DNA from: an uncultured virus (IMG/VR IMGVR_UViG_3300046168_000051)
Taxonomy: Duplodnaviria; Heunggongvirae; Uroviricota; Caudoviricetes
Length of the DNA stretch: 64,000 nucleotides
Reading direction: 5' to 3' (one strand)
Virus record (IMG/VR): IMGVR_UViG_3300046168_000051
In this document: positions 48,030 to 55,346 of the stretch, piece after piece
How positions within the stretch are numbered: position 1 is the first letter of the stretch
How the letters are laid out: every line of letters begins with the position of its first letter
The notes under the pieces: model-generated
What the model saw: only the letters and a program-made list of their open reading frames with translations
Told to the model about the DNA's origin: nothing
The model's database searches: none
Translations under genes and position numbers: made by a program

Positions 48030-48270
48030 ATCGGTCAGCTTATATCCTAATCGCATATCGTTCGGTGTTTCGAAATATAGAATTCGCTCAATAAAAAAAA
48101 GGACGAACCGAAGCAGCATATATTATGACACATGTCAAAGCAATTGAATATGCATCCATTTTTTACTGTGGGCGTTTTTAATTCTAAAAAAAATAAAATG
48201 AAAGTAAAGCAGTAAAGCGTTTAGGGAATTAAAATGGGGGTGGTGCGAGCCCCGGTACTTCACCCGCCCC
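48030..48270. other. AT-rich non-coding region (regulatory or origin candidate)
   Basis: A/T homopolymer runs of 6-9 nt, otherwise rare in the window; no credible ORF. Confidence 0.45.
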
Positions 48271-48335
48271 TTAGGGCGAGCTCAGTAAAATGAGAATAAA
48301 TGGGTTTGATAAAAACGCAGTACACGGGTTTGTGC

Positions 48336-48635
48336 TTATTCTTCTTCCCATAAAGTGCCCACGGCCCTGTAAGTGGATGAAGGATAGCGCTTGTTTATGC
48401 CCTTTACACTCTCTTGAGACACCTTTTCGACATATCCTTCGCGTACAAGACGCTTCAAAGCTCCTGCAATAGTTTGAGTCGAAACCTTCCATCGCTCGTA
48501 AGACCAATGAGCCTTTCTTACTCGTGGAATAAGAGACCTAGCGGTAAAGGTCTCAGTTCCTAACTTACTAACTACTCCCTTTACTACTCTATACCGCCTA
48601 GCTCGGCGCTCGATAAGCCATTGGGGGTCAGGCAT
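48336..48635 (-). CDS. Winged-helix-like DNA-binding protein
   Basis: STQTIAGALKRLVREGYVEK...STYR. Confidence 0.6.
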   Translation of the reverse strand: MPDPQWLIERRARRYRVVKGVVSKLGTETFTARSLIPRVRKAHWSYERWKVSTQTIAGALKRLVREGYVEKVSQESVKGINKRYPSSTYRAVGTLWEEE

Positions 48636-49015
48636 TACAATTCACCTGAGTCTTTTAGAAATTGAAGGAGACTTAGTCCCCCATCTATGTCTTTCTTCTT
48701 TAGTGAAGCCCTATCGGCATTCTTTTTCCCAGGCATTGGTCGATAGTAGTCGCTATCATTCTGCCTCCAAGCCTTAATCCCACAGGCATTACACAAGTGA
48801 AACTTTTTCCATCGTCGCCATTGGGGAGATTCACTCGTGGCGCAGAAGTTACAGTTAGTCTTTGGCATGCGTTGTGCGCAATTATCGCATATCGTTTTTG
48901 AACTCCCTCCATGCTTACCTGTTGGGTACATACTACAAGGCTCCCCACAACGATTACAGAATACGGCCTTACGCGGAGTGGAATACATATTCCCATTCTT
49001 TCCTTTGCGTGGCAT
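48635..49015 (-). CDS. Double zinc-finger protein with GATA-type finger
   Basis: CNRC...CDNC, then CNFCATSESPQWRRWKKFHLCNACG. Confidence 0.75.
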   Translation of the reverse strand: MPRKGKNGNMYSTPRKAVFCNRCGEPCSMYPTGKHGGSSKTICDNCAQRMPKTNCNFCATSESPQWRRWKKFHLCNACGIKAWRQNDSDYYRPMPGKKNADRASLKKKDIDGGLSLLQFLKDSGEL

Positions 49016-49019
49016 AGAA

Positions 49020-49223
49020 TCATTCCTTATCCCAGTCTTCCCAGTCGTTAACAGCCCTTTGTAAGTCCTCTTCAGGATAATCCTCAGCAGTGTACTGCCT
49101 GCTTACTTGAGTAAGGATAAGAGCTCCTAATTGGCCAAGCAAATCTATCTTCTTATTGGTCCTAATTACTACCCATAGGGTATAGGTGGAAAGGAGAGTG
49201 GAGAAAATGATAAGCTCTATCAT
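49020..49223 (-). CDS. Small membrane protein
   Basis: GGAGG SD, TAATG coupling, N-terminal TM. Confidence 0.6.
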   Translation of the reverse strand: MIELIIFSTLLSTYTLWVVIRTNKKIDLLGQLGALILTQVSRQYTAEDYPEEDLQRAVNDWEDWDKE

Positions 49224-49675
49224 TACTCAACCTCCAAATAACAGGTGCTACACTTGACTCCTATAACTACAACTTCTTTGAGTCGTTGTTCTTTACGATG
49301 AAAGTAAGAAAGAGTCCAGTGTTCTCTAAGGTCTCTAAATGGAGTAGCAAATCTCGCTGGTCGTGGTTGGTCTTTACCTAAGTCGCAGTCAATCCATACA
49401 GTGCGTTCAGCGTTGTTACACTGACAGCCGCGTTCAACAATACATTCTTTGCAGATAATGTAAGAGTCTTCGTCATTCTCGACAGGCTCTCCGCAGTTAC
49501 TACATTGTAAGAGCGCACAGTTATCACTATCGCAATGCCCTACTAAGTGGGGATTTCCCGAACCATGTTCGCACCAACAGTCACAAGAGTCGCTTGAGCG
49601 ATGGCCGCATTGTAGCTTAGGGTCATGGTAGTCGTCGTAAGAGCCCCAGTCCATTCCGTCAGGGTAATTGCTCAT
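49223..49675 (-). CDS. Cys-rich metal-binding protein
   Basis: AGGTGAGG SD + ATG 49675 (MSNYPDG); many CxxC/CxC motifs. Confidence 0.65.
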   Translation of the reverse strand: MSNYPDGMDWGSYDDYHDPKLQCGHRSSDSCDCWCEHGSGNPHLVGHCDSDNCALLQCSNCGEPVENDEDSYIICKECIVERGCQCNNAERTVWIDCDLGKDQPRPARFATPFRDLREHWTLSYFHRKEQRLKEVVVIGVKCSTCYLEVE

Positions 49676-49824
49676 CGCCTCACCTTCTTGCCACAGAATG
49701 GACAAAACCGCCACCTACGCATATTGTAGTAGTCGTTAGGCTCAGCCTTAATCAAAACCACAGTCCCCATAGTGGGGTGGCGCATTTCGACATTACAGCA
49801 CTTCGTTTTGTTTGTTGGTATCAT
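49672..49824 (-). CDS. 50-aa zinc-finger microprotein
   Basis: MIPTNKTKCC...FCPFCGKKVRR; ATGA overlaps at both ends. Confidence 0.6.
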   Translation of the reverse strand: MIPTNKTKCCNVEMRHPTMGTVVLIKAEPNDYYNMRRWRFCPFCGKKVRR

Positions 49825-49922
49825 TCAAACACATCCCAATGAAGAAACTCGTGGCAGTTAGGACACTCAAGTAAGTCGGCTTTGACGAAGTTATGGCAGT
49901 GGGGGCATAGCATTTCACTCAT
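49821..49922 (-). CDS. 33-aa zinc-ribbon microprotein
   Basis: MSEMLCPHCHNFVKADLLECPNCHEFLHWDVFE; GGAGG SD; ATGA overlaps. Confidence 0.65.
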   Translation of the reverse strand: MSEMLCPHCHNFVKADLLECPNCHEFLHWDVFE

Positions 49923-50098
49923 TGTGAAGCCTCCTTGCAACCACAGTTGTAAATACCACATTCAGCACACCCGTTAGGGTCGCACTCAGCGCATAGCACC
50001 CTTTCACCATTGTAAGTAAATTGACACTTAAATTCGCCTTGAGGTGATATCAGATATCGGCTGCATTCGCCACAAAGGAAGTATTCGTAAGCGTTCAT
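49919..50098 (-). CDS. Cys-rich microprotein
   Basis: MNAYEYFLCGEC...CAEC...CAEC...CGCKEASQ. Confidence 0.65.
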   Translation of the reverse strand: MNAYEYFLCGECSRYLISPQGEFKCQFTYNGERVLCAECDPNGCAECGIYNCGCKEASQ

Positions 50099-50190
50099 TG
50101 TGAAGCCTCCTCTAAGGTACACTTACATGGAGCGGTAGATAATACAATCCAGCCACAACAGTCGCACTCGACAAGAAAGTCTTCTATCAT
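50095..50190 (-). CDS. 31-aa Cys-rich microprotein
   Basis: MIEDFLVECDCCGWIVLSTAPCKCTLEEASQ. Confidence 0.55.
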   Translation of the reverse strand: MIEDFLVECDCCGWIVLSTAPCKCTLEEASQ

Positions 50191-50348
50191 TGTGAAGCCT
50201 CCCTTATCATTGCTTGATGAAAGTGTGCATGGCCGTAGCCGGGGGTGACAGAAACGCCACCGATAGGAACCCATCCTTCCCGGATATTCACCCTAACTTT
50301 CCTCGCTAGTCCCTTCATTTCTCCATCTCGTAAAATCACATACTCCAT
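50187..50348 (-). CDS. Second DUF1737-like protein (53 aa)
   Basis: MEYVIL...EGWVPIGGVS...FHQAMIREASQ; same pattern as 22510..22698. Confidence 0.65.
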   Translation of the reverse strand: MEYVILRDGEMKGLARKVRVNIREGWVPIGGVSVTPGYGHAHFHQAMIREASQ

Positions 50349-50494
50349 TTATTCTTCCTCCTTCTTTAGGTAGCGGCGCTCAGCCCTACCATACCAGCTT
50401 TCTTCGGTTTTGACAACCTCGGACTCGCTATGATTTGATACCATCCAGGAAAACAGAATAAGGATGAGGACAACTATTACTATGAAATCTCCGT

Positions 50495-50785
50495 TCATTT
50501 TATCCTCCTCCATATTGCAACTTTTGAGGACAAGACCCTTTCATATTTGTCTGATACTCGCAAGAGATAGCTAAGCCCAGCGGCGTTAGGAAGGTGCTTT
50601 AGGTTTCGGTATGTACCCTTTGAAGGCTCGAAGCTGGCGCGTCGAGTTGGGGCATTAGCGTCTGTTAAGCGCCCGATAATCTCATGAGCCGACAATTCTT
50701 CACCAACCTTGACGACCTCGTTAATCCATGGAATCATTAGAGATGCTTTACGCTCGGACTTGGTTGGCCTTCTCTTTTCTCCCAT
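50495..50785 (-). CDS. Winged-helix-like protein
   Basis: ATG 50785; LSAHEII...PNAAGLSYLLR...AIWR. Confidence 0.55.
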   Translation of the reverse strand: MGEKRRPTKSERKASLMIPWINEVVKVGEELSAHEIIGRLTDANAPTRRASFEPSKGTYRNLKHLPNAAGLSYLLRVSDKYERVLSSKVAIWRRIK

Positions 50786-50975
50786 ATTGAAAGATAAATG
50801 CAAATGGGTTATAATCATTCCTTTCAGTAAGGGTAGGTTTCTAAAACCACCCCCTTCAAGTAACGGGGTACTTGGGTACTGGATAACCACCAATAGTAGG
50901 GTGTATCGTCAGTGTTCTGCATATCGGGGGGCCTCGACGATACACTTATGACCACCGCGAAACTACCAATACATC

Positions 50976-51899
50976 ATGGAAACCCCCCATTACAGGGAGA
51001 AAATCGCCATTATTGGGCGCACAAGCACTCTCAAGCAGGAGAAGGGGCTTGAATCACAGCTTCTTTCGCTCGACTATGCCCTTGATGCCGGGCTTTACTC
51101 GGAATACGACCTAATCGCCCCTCCACCACTCGGAAAGGATGGAGAACGAGAAGGTACCTTTTGGGAAAGGTACCCTTCCATTGAGGATAAGGATTTGAAA
51201 ACCATGTTTGGTCATGGGGGCAAGGCTTGGTGTGTCGAGGATGTTTCAGGTTCAGTATTTCACAAGCACCCAATGTACCTCGCATGTTTAGACTTCTGTC
51301 GAGAAGAAGGAATCCCTAACATTCTCTTTGAACACTCCGACCGTCATTCTCGTGATACAGAAATGCTACTGTCAGAAATCCGCCAACGAAAAGCTGAGGG
51401 TATTTACTTTCACTACCTTAACTTCGGCGGTATGGATTTGTCCACCCCTGCGGGGAGGATGATGCTTACTATGGGAGCCGCCTTTGCGGAGTACTATCGT
51501 AATGACTTGAAATCAAAGACTATCCGTGGTATGAAGAACCTTGAAGATAAGGGTATTTGGGCTGGCTCTCCACCTTACGGTATGCGTGTTATCACTCAAA
51601 AGGAAGACAAAGAAAACTACGGTAAGCTACTTTACAACCCAGCAGAAATGCGATTCATCCTCGCTCTCTATGACCGTATTCTTCAGCGACCAGGAGTCTC
51701 ATATCGACAGCTTGCTAAGTGGGCTAATGAAGATGGTTGGCATACAAGGCGAGGAAAAAACTGGACTGCTATGGGTGTTCGTCGCATAATGACTTTCATG
51801 CTACCATGGAAGGGAGCCAATGATGATGATGAGAACTGCGGCAAGTACTTCCTAAAAGAAATGAAAGAGAATCCGAACCTAGACGGAGATAACTCTTAA
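50976..51899 (+). CDS. Serine recombinase (resolvase catalytic domain + recombinase DNA-binding domain)
   Basis: IIGRTST--Q, EDVSG, DRHSR, DLSTPAGR, AFAEY, G-PPYG, TRRGKNW. Confidence 0.85.
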   Translation: METPHYREKIAIIGRTSTLKQEKGLESQLLSLDYALDAGLYSEYDLIAPPPLGKDGEREGTFWERYPSIEDKDLKTMFGHGGKAWCVEDVSGSVFHKHPMYLACLDFCREEGIPNILFEHSDRHSRDTEMLLSEIRQRKAEGIYFHYLNFGGMDLSTPAGRMMLTMGAAFAEYYRNDLKSKTIRGMKNLEDKGIWAGSPPYGMRVITQKEDKENYGKLLYNPAEMRFILALYDRILQRPGVSYRQLAKWANEDGWHTRRGKNWTAMGVRRIMTFMLPWKGANDDDENCGKYFLKEMKENPNLDGDNS

Positions 51900-51905
51900 G
51901 GTGAT

Positions 51906-52262
51906 ATGGGAGGTACAGTGACTATGTGGATTCATGCTGATGGCGTACAGAAAGATGTGCAGTCAGAAATAAAAGAGGCTATATTCATAGGCGCCTCGTG
52001 CCTCATTCGTACTATCTTTGAAGAGTACGAAGACTTTGAGACCTTTACCCAATATTCGGTTGACATAGTAAATGAAGCCAATTTAGTTCAGCGTACTATT
52101 TTTGCAGGGGAAACATTCCTTATGATTTTTGACCCTTCATACAGTGTCCCTAAGAAAGCAATGCATGAGGCATTTGTTGTTGAGTACCTAGCTCATACTG
52201 CCAGTCACATTGCTAATGAAATAGAAAACGGGGAAATTTACCATAAGAACGGCAATGTCTAG
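51906..52262 (+). CDS. Hypothetical protein
   Basis: 118 aa ORF in a coupled operon. Confidence 0.6.
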   Translation: MGGTVTMWIHADGVQKDVQSEIKEAIFIGASCLIRTIFEEYEDFETFTQYSVDIVNEANLVQRTIFAGETFLMIFDPSYSVPKKAMHEAFVVEYLAHTASHIANEIENGEIYHKNGNV

Positions 52263-52605
52263 GATTTTAGATGCGGTCGGAATTGACCTGGGAGATGGTG
52301 ATGCTGACGACCCCATGGAAGAAGATTTAGACTATTGGCAATACGGAATCGGGTTCTTGGCTGGCGACCTGGTAGGTGACCATGACTTTGAATATGCTAC
52401 AATGCTAAGTCGCTTAGACGACCTAGGAGCTTCTGTTGTTGGGAAACTATTTGCTGGTATGAACATGAAAGACCCGAAGTACTTTGACGGGTATGATTCG
52501 ACCTATATTGAGGAAAATATGAACCTAATAGTGAGCAGGTGCGCTAGAATCGTCGAATTTATTGAGAAGTATCAAAAAACCGGAAATTTCCGCGCCCACC
52601 CCTAG
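52255..52605 (+). CDS. Acidic hypothetical protein
   Basis: 116 aa ORF overlapping the upstream stop. Confidence 0.6.
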   Translation: MSRILDAVGIDLGDGDADDPMEEDLDYWQYGIGFLAGDLVGDHDFEYATMLSRLDDLGASVVGKLFAGMNMKDPKYFDGYDSTYIEENMNLIVSRCARIVEFIEKYQKTGNFRAHP

Positions 52606-52643
52606 GTTGAAGGGGTAAAAACCAAAAAAGTTGAGGACCTAAA

Positions 52644-53018
52644 ATGAAACTAGACGCAAAAACGCAAAAGAGGATAAATGATTGGTGGAGAGAACATGGG
52701 GACAAGATGCACAAGCCACTTTGGGGAGCCATTCGATTATCGGCGGCCAACACTCGCGAGCATAACATCCGGGTGTGCGAAATTTGTTGTACGCTCATGG
52801 AACATGGTATTCCGTTCGCAACGGAAGTCCGATTGAACACAGGAGTTCGACCTGACATAGTAGCTCCAACCCATGTGCTACCAATTATCGAAGTTCTATG
52901 GTCGGAGTCAAAGCAAGACTTCATTGATAAGAAGTCTGACAAGTACCCAAGCTCCTTGCAGAAGAAGTGGATTCTGCATGATGCAAAGACAGAATATTTT
53001 GAAAAGAGTGTCTTCTAG
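52644..53018 (+). CDS. PD-(D/E)XK-like nuclease-fold protein
   Basis: FATE...RPDI...IIEVLWSE...K. Confidence 0.55.
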   Translation: MKLDAKTQKRINDWWREHGDKMHKPLWGAIRLSAANTREHNIRVCEICCTLMEHGIPFATEVRLNTGVRPDIVAPTHVLPIIEVLWSESKQDFIDKKSDKYPSSLQKKWILHDAKTEYFEKSVF

Positions 53019-53026
53019 GTGATAGT

Positions 53027-53359
53027 ATGAGTGCCCTCAATAACAAGCAAACGCGTAACTCAAGGTCCGACTATTACGATGCTTCGCGGGGCGGGGCGGT
53101 AAGAAATGATTATAACGATGATTTCGATAATCGTTGGGGACTCCGCCATGCCGGTAGCTGGCCTTCTGACTGGGCTCCGCGTCGTACCTGCCAATTGTGT
53201 AAGAAGCAATTTCGGACAGATAATGAAGAAGGGTTCAGCTCGTTTTTAGTCGATATTTGTGCGCCTTGCATACACCGTTTAGTCAAGAAAGAGAAGAATA
53301 CAGTAACTACAAAAGATGTTGAATTCACGCCTAGAATCGACGAAATACGCACCCAATAG
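53027..53359 (+). CDS. Zinc-finger protein
   Basis: AGGTGA SD; CQLC...CAPC. Confidence 0.6.
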   Translation: MSALNNKQTRNSRSDYYDASRGGAVRNDYNDDFDNRWGLRHAGSWPSDWAPRRTCQLCKKQFRTDNEEGFSSFLVDICAPCIHRLVKKEKNTVTTKDVEFTPRIDEIRTQ

Positions 53360-53390
53360 CTTTATGTTCACTACTAAGTGTCGTTAGTAC

Positions 53391-53819
53391 ATGGCCAATG
53401 AAGTGCGCTACACATACAATGGAAAAGAAGTCGGAACGCTACGCAAGCTAGTAAGCGATGTTGTAATCGTTGAAGAGCAATGGATTAACGCGGCGAACAA
53501 GTATTTCGCCAAAGGTTATGGCCCCATGTTGAAATTCCCAAAAGCCCTGATTCGTCAGGAGTGCGGTGAAGAATTGACCGACGCTCAAGCGTGGGTACTC
53601 CTACACCACCTCACCAACTCCGGCGTTCCTCTTGCTCTTCGCGATACCGAAGAAGACGAGAAGTCTCGCCCCGCTAAAGTCGCTGGTGCTGTCGCTGGCG
53701 CAGCTCTTGGAACCCTTGATAGTGCTGTCAGTACTGTAACTGCTCCGGCAGTCAAAGTAAAGGGTGTTTTCTCCAAAAAGGCAGATGAGAGTGCAGAAAC
53801 GCCAGATTCTGACGAGTAA
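53391..53819 (+). CDS. Hypothetical protein
   Basis: CTTTATG about 30 nt upstream; biased codons; 142 aa. Confidence 0.7.
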   Translation: MANEVRYTYNGKEVGTLRKLVSDVVIVEEQWINAANKYFAKGYGPMLKFPKALIRQECGEELTDAQAWVLLHHLTNSGVPLALRDTEEDEKSRPAKVAGAVAGAALGTLDSAVSTVTAPAVKVKGVFSKKADESAETPDSDE

Positions 53820-53852
53820 TGTTCATAAGGTGTTTGCACCGGTCTATGGATT

Positions 53853-54095
53853 ATGAGTGAATGCTGGAAGGTTCCGTGGGCAGATTACCTGCGAATGTCA
53901 AGTGGCCTTAGCGATAGCTGCTATTCGCCGCATTCCTTCAACTTTGAAAACGGGATGGTAATTTTCAAGACAAAGAGAGAGCGAAAGCTACTCGAAGATG
54001 TAATTTCCTGGGCCAATGACAAAGTCATTCCTGAGCGTGAGCCAACTGCGGGTGAGCCTCGTAAAAAGAAGGCTAAGGTTTCCGAAAGAGAATGA
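53853..54095 (+). CDS. Small protein weakly resembling part of the archaeal primase large subunit
   Basis: VPWADYLR...ENGMVIF...LLEDVI pattern; resemblance from memory only. Confidence 0.4.
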   Translation: MSECWKVPWADYLRMSSGLSDSCYSPHSFNFENGMVIFKTKRERKLLEDVISWANDKVIPEREPTAGEPRKKKAKVSERE

Positions 54096-54345
54096 TGGCC
54101 CGAGTATCGGTCAACTAATTCTCCAACACCCGACGATTATCACTAACCTTCGTAGCAAAAACGCCGATTACCTGCAAGGTCTATGTCCTTCATGTGCTAC
54201 TATCGGGAAAGACTCCGATGAAAACCACTTTTGGATTCATGAAGAATCCGGTGGCTACGGCTGTGTCGCAGACTGTATGACTGATGGCAGTTTGACACGC
54301 GTCCTGGTGTATAAGCCTTTCAAATATAGGTGTCCTTCAATCTGA
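54016..54345 (+). CDS. Zinc-binding domain protein (primase-associated Zn-finger-like)
   Basis: CPSC---GKD---HFWI...YGCVADC; overlaps the upstream ORF by 80 nt. Confidence 0.5.
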   Translation: MTKSFLSVSQLRVSLVKRRLRFPKENDGPSIGQLILQHPTIITNLRSKNADYLQGLCPSCATIGKDSDENHFWIHEESGGYGCVADCMTDGSLTRVLVYKPFKYRCPSI

Positions 54346-54496
54346 CACACCTCAAATTGAACCAAAGGCCGAGGAGAAGCCCGACGAGACTTTAGAAGAA
54401 GCCCTTGAGCTAATTCATGCCGAGCATAGGGAAGAAGTTTCCAAGAGAACAAACAGTCGTCTTGTCAAGACCACTGACCATCATACTGTTGAGCAT

Positions 54497-54838
54497 GTGC
54501 TTCATGAGACTTATGACCTGGCTTTGCGAAAAGGTGATGTTCATGTTTACTACCGCATTGAAACTTCTAAGACAACAGGTAGGGAAACCATTACCGAAGT
54601 CGAAGTTCCCAACATAGAGGTGTGGGCTCTTTGGCAAGCTATTGTCCGTCATATCGTTCCTTCTCCGGTTCTCGGAGGAAAGTTTGAGGTCTCCGATTTG
54701 TGGGACACAATGAACATCGACCGGACAAAGCAGGGAGAGAAATACCGCCGCTGGAATTTCCCTTCCGACATTCTCATTCTTTTGGGCGTTCTTGAAAAGG
54801 ACGGAAACAGCTATACAGTAAGGAGGGCGTTTCGATGA
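54497..54838 (+). CDS. Hypothetical, possibly winged-helix, protein
   Basis: GTG start; ILLGVLEKDGNSYTV wing-like end. Confidence 0.5.
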   Translation: MLHETYDLALRKGDVHVYYRIETSKTTGRETITEVEVPNIEVWALWQAIVRHIVPSPVLGGKFEVSDLWDTMNIDRTKQGEKYRRWNFPSDILILLGVLEKDGNSYTVRRAFR

Positions 54839-54914
54839 GTATGCCGACTGATGATTGCGAGTGCGAAGCACCGTGCCCTCGTCATTCGGGATGCCACCCG
54901 ACTAGCTGTGCTAA

Positions 54915-55346
54915 GTGCGGGGGCGTCATCGAATGACCTTGGACCGATTAGATTCTGTTGTTATTGGCAACAGGTGCGAAGTTGATGGGTGCGAGTGCGT
55001 AGCTGTTGCTAAGCAAAACCGTTGCTACGACCATAGTGTTGACCGCTTAATTGAAGCACTCTTTGTCAATGAAGAGTGCAAGTTTGGTGGCGTAAACTGT
55101 GAAGGAAACGCTAGCCGCGTTAACGAACATGATGTTCTAATGTGTGAAAATTGCCACAATGCTTACCAACGCATTCAGCGAGGGCGAGGGGCCTTTGCAA
55201 GGTTCTTACCGACCATGTTCATGGAACCTCAAGTAGTGAGACAAAACCCCCCAGGGACCACCTATGACGGTGGCTCTTACCACAGGAATATCAATTGGGA
55301 AGCGCTGATTGAAAGTGCGCGAGAAGAAGGAGAGGAAACAGAATGA
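54915..55346 (+). CDS. Cys-rich protein
   Basis: CEVDGC...C--H, C----C...CENCH; ATGA overlap with polB. Confidence 0.6.
   Translation: MRGRHRMTLDRLDSVVIGNRCEVDGCECVAVAKQNRCYDHSVDRLIEALFVNEECKFGGVNCEGNASRVNEHDVLMCENCHNAYQRIQRGRGAFARFLPTMFMEPQVVRQNPPGTTYDGGSYHRNINWEALIESAREEGEETE

Larger units (their letters stand above)
49919..50202 (-). repeat. Three exact copies of a 16-bp gene-junction repeat
   Basis: GGAGGCTTCACAATGA (minus strand) at 49919-49934, 50095-50110 and 50187-50202. Confidence 0.9.

Noticed and set aside
47555..48030. ORFs 47555..47737 and 47716..48030
   Set aside because: Possibly real small genes (one has CxxC pairs), but starts are unclear and nothing supports a call
49919..50202. 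Mini-CRISPR array from the 16-bp repeats
   Set aside because: Repeat too short, spacing irregular (176 and 92 nt), and intervening sequences are ORFs
50976..51899. IS607-like transposon
   Set aside because: No N-terminal MerR-type HTH, no tnpB and no element ends recognised
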